Shown piece by piece: positions 1 through 13,400 of a stretch of 64,000 nt of DNA. Position 1 is the first letter of the stretch; every line of letters begins with the position of its first letter. The DNA comes from the human T2T-CHM13v2.0 reference genome, Homo sapiens. The stretch lies in assembly GCF_009914755.1 (NCBI RefSeq), contig NC_060940.1, one strand, 5' to 3'. The notes under the pieces were generated by a model. That model was not told where the DNA came from. It did not search any database and worked only from the letters and a program-made list of their open reading frames with translations. The position numbers and the translations under genes were made by a program.

Positions 1-27
1 AAGTGGATATCTTGGCCTCTTAGAGGC

Positions 28-44
28 CTTCGTTGGAAACGGGT
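28..44 (+). promoter_or_regulatory. CENP-B box (dimer E type, CTTCGTTGGAAACGGGT); boxes recur every 339-340 bp across the window (~188 expected)
   Basis: Matches the CENP-B core NTTCGNNNNANNCGGGN. The next copies start at 367, 707, 1047, 1387 and 1727. Confidence 0.95.
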
Positions 45-195
45 TTTTTCATGTAAGGTTAGACAGAGGAATTCCCAGTAACTTCCTTGTGTTGTGTGCA
101 TTCAACTCACAGAGTTGAATGATTCTTTACACAGAGCAGATTTGAGACACTCTTTTGGTGGAATTTGTAAGTGGAGAATTCAGCCGCTTTGAGGT

Positions 196-212
196 CAACG
201 GTAGAAAAGGAA
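196..212 (+). other. pJalpha-box-like site of the A-type monomer, at the position equivalent to the CENP-B box in alternate monomers
   Basis: CAACGGTAGAAAAGGAA lies 171 bp upstream of the box at 367. It resembles the A-type pJalpha motif (ending AAAAGGAA) but is an imperfect match. Confidence 0.6.
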
Positions 213-366
213 ATATCTTCGTATAAAAACTAGACAGAATGATTCTCAGAAACTGTTTTGTGATGTGTGCGTTCAACTCACAGAGTTTAACCTTTCTTTT
301 CAAAGAGCAGTTAGGAAACACTCTGTTTGTAAAGTCTGCAAGTGGATATTCAGACCTCTTTGAGGC

Positions 367-383
367 CTTCGTTGGAAACGGGA
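367..383 (+). promoter_or_regulatory. CENP-B box, canonical (dimer A)
   Basis: Exact CTTCGTTGGAAACGGGA. Confidence 0.97.
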
Positions 384-706
384 TTTCTTCATATTATGCT
401 AGACAGATGAATTCTCAGTAACTTCCTTGTGTTGTGTGTATTCAACTCACAGAGTTGAACGATCCTTTACACAGAGCAGATTTGAAACACTGTTTTTCTG
501 GAATTTGCAAGTGGAGATTTCAGCCGCTTTGAGGTCAATGGTAGAAAAGGAAATATCTTCGTATAAAAACTAGACAGAATGATTCTCAGAAACTCCTTTG
601 TGATGTGTGCGTTCAACTCACAGAGTTTAACCTTTCTTTTCACAGAGCAGTTAGGAAACACTCTGTTTGTGAAGCCTGCCAGTGGATATTCGGACCTCTT
701 TGAGGC

Positions 707-723
707 CTTCGTTGGAAACGGGA
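707..723 (+). promoter_or_regulatory. CENP-B box, canonical (dimer B)
   Basis: Exact CTTCGTTGGAAACGGGA. Confidence 0.97.
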
Positions 724-1046
724 TTTCTTCATATTATGCTAGACAGAAGATTTCTCAGTAACTTCTTTGTGTTGTGTGTATGCAACTCACAGAGTTCAAC
801 CTTCCTTTAGACAGAGCAGATTTGAAACACTCTTTTTGTGGAATTTGCAAGTGGAGATTTCAAGCGCTTCGATGCCAATGGTAGAAAAGGAAATATCTTC
901 GTATAAAAACAAGACAAACTCGTTCCCAGACACTGCGTAGTGATGTGTGTGTTTAACTCACAGAGTTTCACCTTTCTTTTCATACAGCATTCTGGAAACC
1001 GTGTGTTTGTAAAGTCTGCAAGTGGATATTTGGACCTCTTAGATGC

Positions 1047-1063
1047 CTTCGTTGGAAACGGGA
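1047..1063 (+). promoter_or_regulatory. CENP-B box, canonical (dimer C)
   Basis: Exact CTTCGTTGGAAACGGGA. Confidence 0.97.
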
Positions 1064-1386
1064 TTTCTTCATATAATGCTAGAGGGAAGAATTCTTAGTA
1101 ACTTCTTTGTGTTGTGTGTATTCAACTGACAGAGTTGAACCTTCCTTTAGACAGAGCAGATTTGAAAGTCTCTTTTTGTGGAATTTGCAAGTGGAGATTT
1201 CAAGCGCTTTGAGGCCGAAAGCAGAAAAGGAAATATTTTCCTATAAAAACTCGACAGAATCTTTCTCAGAAACTGCTCTGGGATGTGTGCGTTCAACTCA
1301 CAGAGTTTAACTTTTCTTTTCATTCAGCAGTTTGGAAACACTCTGTTTGGAAAGTCTGCACGTGGATATTTTGACCTCTTTGAGGC

Positions 1387-1403
1387 CTTCGTTGGAAACG
1401 GGT
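1387..1403 (+). promoter_or_regulatory. CENP-B box (dimer D, terminal T, core intact)
   Basis: CTTCGTTGGAAACGGGT, with all nine core positions intact. Confidence 0.95.
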
Positions 1404-4400
1404 TTTTTTCATGTAAGGCTAGACAGAAGAAATCTCAGTAACTTCCTTGTGTTGTGTGTATTCAACTGACAGAGTTGAACCTTCCTTTAGACAGAGCAGA
1501 TTCGAAACACTCTTTTTCTGCAATTTGCAAGTGGAGACTTCAAGCGCTTTGAGGCCAAAGGCAGAAAAGGAAATATCTTCGTATAAAAACCCGACAGAAT
1601 CATTCTCAGAAACTGCTCTGTGATGTGTGCGTTCAACTCACAGAGTTTAACTTTTCTTTTCATTCAGCAGTTTGGAAACACTCTGTTTGTAAAGTCTGCA
1701 AGTGGATATCTTGGCCTCTTAGAGGCCTTCGTTGGAAACGGGTTTTTTCATGTAAGGTTAGACAGAGGAATTCCCAGTAACTTCCTTGTGTTGTGTGCAT
1801 TCAACTCACAGAGTTGAATGATTCTTTACACAGAGCAGATTTGAGACACTCTTTTGGTGGAATTTGTAAGTGGAGAATTCAGCCGCTTTGAGGTCAACGG
1901 TAGAAAAGGAAATATCTTCGTATAAAAACTAGACAGAATGATTCTCAGAAACTGTTTTGTGATGTGTGCGTTCAACTCACAGAGTTTAACCTTTCTTTTC
2001 AAAGAGCAGTTAGGAAACACTCTGTTTGTAAAGTCTGCAAGTGGATATTCAGACCTCTTTGAGGCCTTCGTTGGAAACGGGATTTCTTCATATTATGCTA
2101 GACAGATGAATTCTCAGTAACTTCCTTGTGTTGTGTGTATTCAACTCACAGAGTTGAACGATCCTTTACACAGAGCAGATTTGAAACACTGTTTTTCTGG
2201 AATTTGCAAGTGGAGATTTCAGCCGCTTTGAGGTCAATGGTAGAAAAGGAAATATCTTCGTATAAAAACTAGACAGAATGATTCTCAGAAACTCCTTTGT
2301 GATGTGTGCGTTCAACTCACAGAGTTTAACCTTTCTTTTCACAGAGCAGTTAGGAAACACTCTGTTTGTGAAGCCTGCCAGTGGATATTCGGACCTCTTT
2401 GAGGCCTTCGTTGGAAACGGGATTTCTTCATATTATGCTAGACAGAAGATTTCTCAGTAACTTCTTTGTGTTGTGTGTATGCAACTCACAGAGTTCAACC
2501 TTCCTTTAGACAGAGCAGATTTGAAACACTCTTTTTGTGGAATTTGCAAGTGGAGATTTCAAGCGCTTCGATGCCAATGGTAGAAAAGGAAATATCTTCG
2601 TATAAAAACAAGACAAACTCGTTCCCAGACACTGCGTAGTGATGTGTGTGTTTAACTCACAGAGTTTCACCTTTCTTTTCATACAGCATTCTGGAAACCG
2701 TGTGTTTGTAAAGTCTGCAAGTGGATATTTGGACCTCTTAGATGCCTTCGTTGGAAACGGGATTTCTTCATATAATGCTAGAGGGAAGAATTCTTAGTAA
2801 CTTCTTTGTGTTGTGTGTATTCAACTGACAGAGTTGAACCTTCCTTTAGACAGAGCAGATTTGAAAGTCTCTTTTTGTGGAATTTGCAAGTGGAGATTTC
2901 AAGCGCTTTGAGGCCGAAAGCAGAAAAGGAAATATTTTCCTATAAAAACTCGACAGAATCTTTCTCAGAAACTGCTCTGGGATGTGTGCGTTCAACTCAC
3001 AGAGTTTAACTTTTCTTTTCATTCAGCAGTTTGGAAACACTCTGTTTGGAAAGTCTGCACGTGGATATTTTGACCTCTTTGAGGCCTTCGTTGGAAACGG
3101 GTTTTTTTCATGTAAGGCTAGACAGAAGAAATCTCAGTAACTTCCTTGTGTTGTGTGTATTCAACTGACAGAGTTGAACCTTCCTTTAGACAGAGCAGAT
3201 TCGAAACACTCTTTTTCTGCAATTTGCAAGTGGAGACTTCAAGCGCTTTGAGGCCAAAGGCAGAAAAGGAAATATCTTCGTATAAAAACCCGACAGAATC
3301 ATTCTCAGAAACTGCTCTGTGATGTGTGCGTTCAACTCACAGAGTTTAACTTTTCTTTTCATTCAGCAGTTTGGAAACACTCTGTTTGTAAAGTCTGCAA
3401 GTGGATATCTTGGCCTCTTAGAGGCCTTCGTTGGAAACGGGTTTTTTCATGTAAGGTTAGACAGAGGAATTCCCAGTAACTTCCTTGTGTTGTGTGCATT
3501 CAACTCACAGAGTTGAATGATTCTTTACACAGAGCAGATTTGAGACACTCTTTTGGTGGAATTTGTAAGTGGAGAATTCAGCCGCTTTGAGGTCAACGGT
3601 AGAAAAGGAAATATCTTCGTATAAAAACTAGACAGAATGATTCTCAGAAACTGTTTTGTGATGTGTGCGTTCAACTCACAGAGTTTAACCTTTCTTTTCA
3701 AAGAGCAGTTAGGAAACACTCTGTTTGTAAAGTCTGCAAGTGGATATTCAGACCTCTTTGAGGCCTTCGTTGGAAACGGGATTTCTTCATATTATGCTAG
3801 ACAGATGAATTCTCAGTAACTTCCTTGTGTTGTGTGTATTCAACTCACAGAGTTGAACGATCCTTTACACAGAGCAGATTTGAAACACTGTTTTTCTGGA
3901 ATTTGCAAGTGGAGATTTCAGCCGCTTTGAGGTCAATGGTAGAAAAGGAAATATCTTCGTATAAAAACTAGACAGAATGATTCTCAGAAACTCCTTTGTG
4001 ATGTGTGCGTTCAACTCACAGAGTTTAACCTTTCTTTTCACAGAGCAGTTAGGAAACACTCTGTTTGTGAAGCCTGCCAGTGGATATTTGGACCTCTTTG
4101 AGGCCTTCGTTGGAAACGGGATTTCTTCATATTATGCTAGACAGAAGATTTCTCAGTAACTTCTTTGTGTTGTGTGTATGCAACTCACAGAGTTCAACCT
4201 TCCTTTAGACAGAGCAGATTTGAAACACTCTTTTTGTGGAATTTGCAAGTGGAGATTTCAAGCGCTTCGATGCCAATGGTAGAAAAGGAAATATCTTCGT
4301 ATAAAAACAAGACAAACTCGTTCCCAGACACTGCGTAGTGATGTGTGTGTTTAACTCACAGAGTTTCACCTTTCTTTTCATACAGCATTCTGGAAACCCT

Positions 4401-7400
4401 GTGTTTGTAAAGTCTGCAAGTGGATATTTGGACCTCTTAGATGCCTTCGTTGGAAACGGGATTTCTTCATATAATGCTAGAGGGAAGAATTCTTAGTAAC
4501 TTCTTTGTGTTGTGTGTATTCAACTGACAGAGTTGAACCTTCCTTTAGACAGAGCAGATTTGAAAGTCTCTTTTTGTGGAATTTGCAAGTGGAGATTTCA
4601 AGCGCTTTGAGGCCAAAAGCAGAAAAGGAAATATTTTCCTATAAAAACTCGACAGAATCTTTCTCAGAAACTGCTCTGGGATGTGTGCGTTCAACTCACA
4701 GAGTTTAACTTTTCTTTTCATTCAGCAGTTTGGAAACACTCTGTTTGGAAAGTCTGCACGTGGATATTTTGACCTCTTTGAGGCCTTCGTTGGAAACGGG
4801 TTTTTTTCATGTAAGGCTAGACAGAAGAAATCTCAGTAACTTCCTTGTGTTGTGTGTATTCAACTGACAGAGTTGAACCTTCCTTTAGACAGAGCAGATT
4901 CGAAACACTCTTTTTCTGCAATTTGCAAGTGGAGACTTCAAGCGCTTTGAGGCCAAAGGCAGAAAAGGAAATATCTTCGTATAAAAACCCGACAGAATCA
5001 TTCTCAGAAACTGCTCTGTGATGTGTGCGTTCAACTCACAGAGTTTAACTTTTCTTTTCATTCAGCAGTTTGGAAACACTCTGTTTGTAAAGTCTGCAAG
5101 TGGATATCTTGGCCTCTTAGAGGCCTTCGTTGGAAACGGGTTTTTTCATGTAAGGTTAGACAGAGGAATTCCCAGTAACTTCCTTGTGTTGTGTGCATTC
5201 AACTCACAGAGTTGAATGATTCTTTACACAGAGCAGATTTGAGACACTCTTTTGGTGGAATTTGTAAGTGGAGAATTCAGCCGCTTTGAGGTCAACGGTA
5301 GAAAAGGAAATATCTTCGTATAAAAACTAGACAGAATGATTCTCAGAAACTGTTTTGTGATGTGTGCGTTCAACTCACAGAGTTTAACCTTTCTTTTCAA
5401 AGAGCAGTTAGGAAACACTCTGTTTGTAAAGTCTGCAAGTGGATATTCAGACCTCTTTGAGGCCTTCGTTGGAAACGGGATTTCTTCATATTATGCTAGA
5501 CAGATGAATTCTCAGTAACTTCCTTGTGTTGTGTGTATTCAACTCACAGAGTTGAACGATCCTTTACACAGAGCAGATTTGAAACACTGTTTTTCTGGAA
5601 TTTGCAAGTGGAGATTTCAGCCGCTTTGAGGTCAATGGTAGAAAAGGAAATATCTTCGTATAAAAACTAGACAGAATGATTCTCAGAAACTCCTTTGTGA
5701 TGTGTGCGTTCAACTCACAGAGTTTAACCTTTCTTTTCACAGAGCAGTTAGGAAACACTCTGTTTGTGAAGCCTGCCAGTGGATATTCGGACCTCTTTGA
5801 GGCCTTCGTTGGAAACGGGATTTCTTCATATTATGCTAGACAGAAGATTTCTCAGTAACTTCTTTGTGTTGTGTGTATGCAAATCACAGAGTTCAACCTT
5901 CCTTTAGACAGAGCAGATTTGAAACACTCTTTTTGTGGAATTTGCAAGTGGAGATTTCAAGCGCTTCGATGCCAATGGTAGAAAAGGAAATATCTTCGTA
6001 TAAAAACAAGACAAACTCGTTCCCAGACACTGCGTAGTGATGTGTGTGTTTAACTCACAGAGTTTCACCTTTCTTTTCATACAGCATTCTGGAAACCCTC
6101 TGTTTGTAAAGTCTGCAAGTGGATATTTGGACCTCTTAGATGCCTTCGTTGGAAACGGGATTTCTTCATATAATGCTAGAGGGAAGAATTCTTAGTAACT
6201 TCTTTGTGTTGTGTGTATTCAACTGACAGAGTTGAACCTTCCTTTAGACAGAGCAGATTTGAAAGTCTCTTTTTGTGGAATTTGCAAGTGGAGATTTCAA
6301 GCGCTTTGAGGCCAAAAGCAGAAAAGGAAATATTTTCCTATAAAAACTCGACAGAATCTTTCTCAGAAACTGCTCTGGGATGTGTGCGTTCAACTCACAG
6401 AGTTTAACTTTTCTTTTCATTCAGCAGTTTGGAAACACTCTGTTTGGAAAGTCTGCACGTGGATATTTTGACCTCTTTGAGGCCTTCGTTGGAAACGGGT
6501 TTTTTTCATGTAAGGCTAGACAGAAGAAATCTCAGTAACTTCCTTGTGTTGTGTGTATTCAACTGACAGAGTTGAACCTTCCTTTAGACAGAGCAGATTC
6601 GAAACACTCTTTTTCTGCAATTTGCAAGTGGAGACTTCAAGCGCTTTGAGGCCAAAGGCAGAAAAGGAAATATCTTCGTATAAAAACCCGACAGAATCAT
6701 TCTCAGAAACTGCTCTGTGATGTGTGCGTTCAACTCACAGAGTTTAACTTTTCTTTTCATTCAGCAGTTTGGAAACACTCTGTTTGTAAAGTCTGCAAGT
6801 GGATATCTTGGCCTCTTAGAGGCCTTCGTTGGAAACGGGTTTTTTCATGTAAGGTTAGACAGAGGAATTCCCAGTAACTTCCTTGTGTTGTGTGCATTCA
6901 ACTCACAGAGTTGAATGATTCTTTACACAGAGCAGATTTGAGACACTCTTTTGGTGGAATTTGTAAGTGGAGAATTCAGCCGCTTTGAGGTCAACGGTAG
7001 AAAAGGAAATATCTTCGTATAAAAACTAGACAGAATGATTCTCAGAAACTGTTTTGTGATGTGTGCGTTCAACTCACAGAGTTTAACCTTTCTTTTCAAA
7101 GAGCAGTTAGGAAACACTCTGTTTGTAAAGTCTGCAAGTGGATATTCAGACCTCTTTGAGGCCTTCGTTGGAAACGGGATTTCTTCATATTATGCTAGAC
7201 AGATGAATTCTCAGTAACTTCCTTGTGTTGTGTGTATTCAACTCACAGAGTTGAACGATCCTTTACACAGAGCAGATTTGAAACACTGTTTTTCTGGAAT
7301 TTGCAAGTGGAGATTTCAGCCGCTTTGAGGTCAATGGTAGAAAAGGAAATATCTTCGTATAAAAACTAGACAGAATGATTCTCAGAAACTCCTTTGTGAT

Positions 7401-10400
7401 GTGTGCGTTCAACTCACAGAGTTTAACCTTTCTTTTCACAGAGCAGTTAGGAAACACTCTGTTTGTGAAGCCTGCCAGTGGATATTCGGACCTCTTTGAG
7501 GCCTTCGTTGGAAACGGGATTTCTTCATATTATGCTAGACAGAAGATTTCTCAGTAACTTCTTTGTGTTGTGTGTATGCAACTCACAGAGTTCAACCTTC
7601 CTTTAGACAGAGCAGATTTGAAACACTCTTTTTGTGGAATTTGCAAGTGGAGATTTCAAGCGCTTCGATGCCAATGGTAGAAAAGGAAATATCTTCGTAT
7701 AAAAACAAGACAAACTCGTTCCCAGACACTGCGTAGTGATGTGTGTGTTTAACTCACAGAGTTTCACCTTTCTTTTCATACAGCATTCTGGAAACCGTGT
7801 GTTTGTAAAGTCTGCAAGTGGATATTTGGACCTCTTAGATGCCTTCGTTGGAAACGGGATTTCTTCATATAATGCTAGAGGGAAGAATTCTTAGTAACTT
7901 CTTTGTGTTGTGTGTATTCAACTGACAGAGTTGAACCTTCCTTTAGACAGAGCAGATTTGAAAGTCTCTTTTTGTGGAATTTGCAAGTGGAGATTTCAAG
8001 CGCTTTGAGGCCGAAAGCAGAAAAGGAAATATTTTCCTATAAAAACTCGACAGAATCTTTCTCAGAAACTGCTCTGGGATGTGTGCGTTCAACTCACAGA
8101 GTTTAACTTTTCTTTTCATTCAGCAGTTTGGAAACACTCTGTTTGGAAAGTCTGCACGTGGATATTTTGACCTCTTTGAGGCCTTCGTTGGAAACGGGTT
8201 TTTTTCATGTAAGGCTAGACAGAAGAAATCTCAGTAACTTCCTTGTGTTGTGTGTATTCAACTGACAGAGTTGAACCTTCCTTTAGACAGAGCAGATTCG
8301 AAACACTCTTTTTCTGCAATTTGCAAGTGGAGACTTCAAGCGCTTTGAGGCCAAAGGCAGAAAAGGAAATATCTTCGTATAAAAACCCGACAGAATCATT
8401 CTCAGAAACTGCTCTGTGATGTGTGCGTTCAACTCACAGAGTTTAACTTTTCTTTTCATTCAGCAGTTTGGAAACACTCTGTTTGTAAAGTCTGCAAGTG
8501 GATATCTTGGCCTCTTAGAGGCCTTCGTTGGAAACGGGTTTTTTCATGTAAGGTTAGACAGAGGAATTCCCAGTAACTTCCTTGTGTTGTGTGCATTCAA
8601 CTCACAGAGTTGAATGATTCTTTACACAGAGCAGATTTGAGACACTCTTTTGGTGGAATTTGTAAGTGGAGAATTCAGCCGCTTTGAGGTCAACGGTAGA
8701 AAAGGAAATATCTTCGTATAAAAACTAGACAGAATGATTCTCAGAAACTGTTTTGTGATGTGTGCGTTCAACTCACAGAGTTTAACCTTTCTTTTCAAAG
8801 AGCAGTTAGGAAACACTCTGTTTGTAAAGTCTGCAAGTGGATATTCAGACCTCTTTGAGGCCTTCGTTGGAAACGGGATTTCTTCATATTATGCTAGACA
8901 GATGAATTCTCAGTAACTTCCTTGTGTTGTGTGTATTCAACTCACAGAGTTGAACGATCCTTTACACAGAGCAGATTTGAAACACTGTTTTTCTGGAATT
9001 TGCAAGTGGAGATTTCAGCCGCTTTGAGGTCAATGGTAGAAAAGGAAATATCTTCGTATAAAAACTAGACAGAATGATTCTCAGAAACTCCTTTGTGATG
9101 TGTGCGTTCAACTCACAGAGTTTAACCTTTCTTTTCACAGAGCAGTTAGGAAACACTCTGTTTGTGAAGCCTGCCAGTGGATATTCGGACCTCTTTGAGG
9201 CCTTCGTTGGAAACGGGATTTCTTCATATTATGCTAGACAGAAGATTTCTCAGTAACTTCTTTGTGTTGTGTGTATGCAACTCACAGAGTTCAACCTTCC
9301 TTTAGACAGAGCAGATTTGAAACACTCTTTTTGTGGAATTTGCAAGTGGAGATTTCAAGCGCTTCGATGCCAATGGTAGAAAAGGAAATATCTTCGTATA
9401 AAAACAAGACAAACTCGTTCCCAGACACTGCGTAGTGATGTGTGTGTTTAACTCACAGAGTTTCACCTTTCTTTTCATACAGCATTCTGGAAACCGTGTG
9501 TTTGTAAAGTCTGCAAGTGGATATTTGGACCTCTTAGATGCCTTCGTTGGAAACGGGATTTCTTCATATAATGCTAGAGGGAAGAATTCTTAGTAACTTC
9601 TTTGTGTTGTGTGTATTCAACTGACAGAGTTGAACCTTCCTTTAGACAGAGCAGATTTGAAAGTCTCTTTTTGTGGAATTTGCAAGTGGAGATTTCAAGC
9701 GCTTTGAGGCCGAAAGCAGAAAAGGAAATATTTTCCTATAAAAACTCGACAGAATCTTTCTCAGAAACTGCTCTGGGATGTGTGCGTTCAACTCACAGAG
9801 TTTAACTTTTCTTTTCATTCAGCAGTTTGGAAACACTCTGTTTGGAAAGTCTGCACGTGGATATTTTGACCTCTTTGAGGCCTTCGTTGGAAACGGGTTT
9901 TTTTCATGTAAGGCTAGACAGAAGAAATCTCAGTAACTTCCTTGTGTTGTGTGTATTCAACTGACAGAGTTGAACCTTCCTTTAGACAGAGCAGATTCGA
10001 AACACTCTTTTTCTGCAATTTGCAAGTGGAGACTTCAAGCGCTTTGAGGCCAAAGGCAGAAAAGGAAATATCTTCGTATAAAAACCCGACAGAATCATTC
10101 TCAGAAACTGCTCTGTGATGTGTGCGTTCAACTCACAGAGTTTAACTTTTCTTTTCATTCAGCAGTTTGGAAACACTCTGTTTGTAAAGTCTGCAAGTGG
10201 ATATCTTGGCCTCTTAGAGGCCTTCGTTGGAAACGGGTTTTTTCATGTAAGGTTAGACAGAGGAATTCCCAGTAACTTCCTTGTGTTGTGTGCATTCAAC
10301 TCACAGAGTTGAATGATTCTTTACACAGAGCAGATTTGAGACACTCTTTTGGTGGAATTTGTAAGTGGAGAATTCAGCCGCTTTGAGGTCAACGGTAGAA

Positions 10401-13400
10401 AAGGAAATATCTTCGTATAAAAACTAGACAGAATGATTCTCAGAAACTGTTTTGTGATGTGTGCGTTCAACTCACAGAGTTTAACCTTTCTTTTCAAAGA
10501 GCAGTTAGGAAACACTCTGTTTGTAAAGTCTGCAAGTGGATATTCAGACCTCTTTGAGGCCTTCGTTGGAAACGGGATTTCTTCATATTATGCTAGACAG
10601 ATGAATTCTCAGTAACTTCCTTGTGTTGTGTGTATTCAACTCACAGAGTTGAACGATCCTTTACACAGAGCAGATTTGAAACACTGTTTTTCTGGAATTT
10701 GCAAGTGGAGATTTCAGCCGCTTTGAGGTCAATGGTAGAAAAGGAAATATCTTCGTATAAAAACTAGACAGAATGATTCTCAGAAACTCCTTTGTGATGT
10801 GTGCGTTCAACTCACAGAGTTTAACCTTTCTTTTCACAGAGCAGTTAGGAAACACTCTGTTTGTGAAGCCTGCCAGTGGATATTCGGACCTCTTTGAGGC
10901 CTTCGTTGGAAACGGGATTTCTTCATATTATGCTAGACAGAAGATTTCTCAGTAACTTCTTTGTGTTGTGTGTATGCAACTCACAGAGTTCAACCTTCCT
11001 TTAGACAGAGCAGATTTGAAACACTCTTTTTGTGGAATTTGCAAGTGGAGATTTCAAGCGCTTCGATGCCAATGGTAGAAAAGGAAATATCTTCGTATAA
11101 AAACAAGACAAACTCGTTCCCAGACACTGCGTAGTGATGTGTGTGTTTAACTCACAGAGTTTCACCTTTCTTTTCATACAGCATTCTGGAAACCGTGTGT
11201 TTGTAAAGTCTGCAAGTGGATATTTGGACCTCTTAGATGCCTTCGTTGGAAACGGGATTTCTTCATATAATGCTAGAGGGAAGAATTCTTAGTAACTTCT
11301 TTGTGTTGTGTGTATTCAACTGACAGAGTTGAACCTTCCTTTAGACAGAGCAGATTTGAAAGTCTCTTTTTGTGGAATTTGCAAGTGGAGATTTCAAGCG
11401 CTTTGAGGCCGAAAGCAGAAAAGGAAATATTTTCCTATAAAAACTCGACAGAATCTTTCTCAGAAACTGCTCTGGGATGTGTGCGTTCAACTCACAGAGT
11501 TTAACTTTTCTTTTCATTCAGCAGTTTGGAAACACTCTGTTTGGAAAGTCTGCACGTGGATATTTTGACCTCTTTGAGGCCTTCGTTGGAAACGGGTTTT
11601 TTTCATGTAAGGCTAGACAGAAGAAATCTCAGTAACTTCCTTGTGTTGTGTGTATTCAACTGACAGAGTTGAACCTTCCTTTAGACAGAGCAGATTCGAA
11701 ACACTCTTTTTCTGCAATTTGCAAGTGGAGACTTCAAGCGCTTTGAGGCCAAAGGCAGAAAAGGAAATATCTTCGTATAAAAACCCGACAGAATCATTCT
11801 CAGAAACTGCTCTGTGATGTGTGCGTTCAACTCACAGAGTTTAACTTTTCTTTTCATTCAGCAGTTTGGAAACACTCTGTTTGTAAAGTCTGCAAGTGGA
11901 TATCTTGGCCTCTTAGAGGCCTTCGTTGGAAACGGGTTTTTTCATGTAAGGTTAGACAGAGGAATTCCCAGTAACTTCCTTGTGTTGTGTGCATTCAACT
12001 CACAGAGTTGAATGATTCTTTACACAGAGCAGATTTGAGACACTCTTTTGGTGGAATTTGTAAGTGGAGAATTCAGCCGCTTTGAGGTCAACGGTAGAAA
12101 AGGAAATATCTTCGTATAAAAACTAGACAGAATGATTCTCAGAAACTGTTTTGTGATGTGTGCTTTCAACTCACAGAGTTTAACCTTTCTTTTCAAAGAG
12201 CAGTTAGGAAACACTCTGTTTGTAAAGTCTGCAAGTGGATATTCAGACCTCTTTGAGGCCTTCGTTGGAAACGGGATTTCTTCATATTATGCTAGACAGA
12301 TGAATTCTCAGTAACTTCCTTGTGTTGTGTGTATTCAACTCACAGAGTTGAACGATCCTTTACACAGAGCAGATTTGAAACACTGTTTTTCTGGAATTTG
12401 CAAGTGGAGATTTCAGCCGCTTTGAGGTCAATGGTAGAAAAGGAAATATCTTCGTATAAAAACTAGACAGAATGATTCTCAGAAACTCCTTTGTGATGTG
12501 TGCGTTCAACTCACAGAGTTTAACCTTTCTTTTCACAGAGCAGTTAGGAAACACTCTGTTTGTGAAGCCTGCCAGTGGATATTCGGACCTCTTTGAGGCC
12601 TTCGTTGGAAACGGGATTTCTTCATATTATGCTAGACAGAAGATTTCTCAGTAACTTCTTTGTGTTGTGTGTATGCAACTCACAGAGTTCAACCTTCCTT
12701 TAGACAGAGCAGATTTGAAACACTCTTTTTGTGGAATTTGCAAGTGGAGATTTCAAGCGCTTCGATGCCAATGGTAGAAAAGGAAATATCTTCGTATAAA
12801 AACAAGACAAACTCGTTCCCAGACACTGCGTAGTGATGTGTGTGTTTAACTCACAGAGTTTAACCTTTCTTTTCATACAGCATTCTGGAAACCCTGTGTT
12901 TGTAAAGTCTGCAAGTGGATATTTGGACCTCTTAGATGCCTTCGTTGGAAACGGGATTTCTTCATATAATGCTAGAGGGAAGAATTCTTAGTAACTTCTT
13001 TGTGTTGTGTGTATTCAACTGACAGAGTTGAACCTTCCTTTAGACAGAGCAGATTTGAAAGTCTCTTTTTGTGGAATTTGCAAGTGGAGATTTCAAGCGC
13101 TTTGAGGCCAAAAGCAGAAAAGGAAATATTTTCCTATAAAAACTCGACAGAATCTTTCTCAGAAACTGCTCTGGGATGTGTGCGTTCAACTCACAGAGTT
13201 TAACTTTTCTTTTCATTCAGCAGTTTGGAAACACTCTGTTTGGAAAGTCTGCACGTGGATATTTTGACCTCTTTGAGGCCTTCGTTGGAAACGGGTTTTT
13301 TTCATGTAAGGCTAGACAGAAGAAATCTCAGTAACTTCCTTGTGTTGTGTGTATTCAACTGACAGAGTTGAACCTTCCTTTAGACAGAGCAGATTCGAAA

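Larger units (their letters stand above)
69..1767 (+). repeat. Representative canonical HOR unit (dimers A 69-408, B 409-748, C 749-1088, D 1089-1428, E 1429-1767; phase chosen arbitrarily)
   Basis: The sequence starting GAATTCCCAGTAAC at 69 recurs at 1768. The dimers carry diagnostic words: A GAGACACTCTTTTGGTGG, B GAAGCCTGCCAG, C CGTTCCCAGACACTGCGTAG, D GAAAGTCTC and CTGCACGTGG, E TTCGAAACAC and AAAACCCGAC. Confidence 0.95.

Noticed and set aside
1396-1415. T-runs after the D and E boxes as terminators, and TATAAAA motifs as TATA boxes
   Set aside because: These are ordinary alphoid monomer sequence with no hairpin or gene context. Centromeric transcription cannot be inferred from them.
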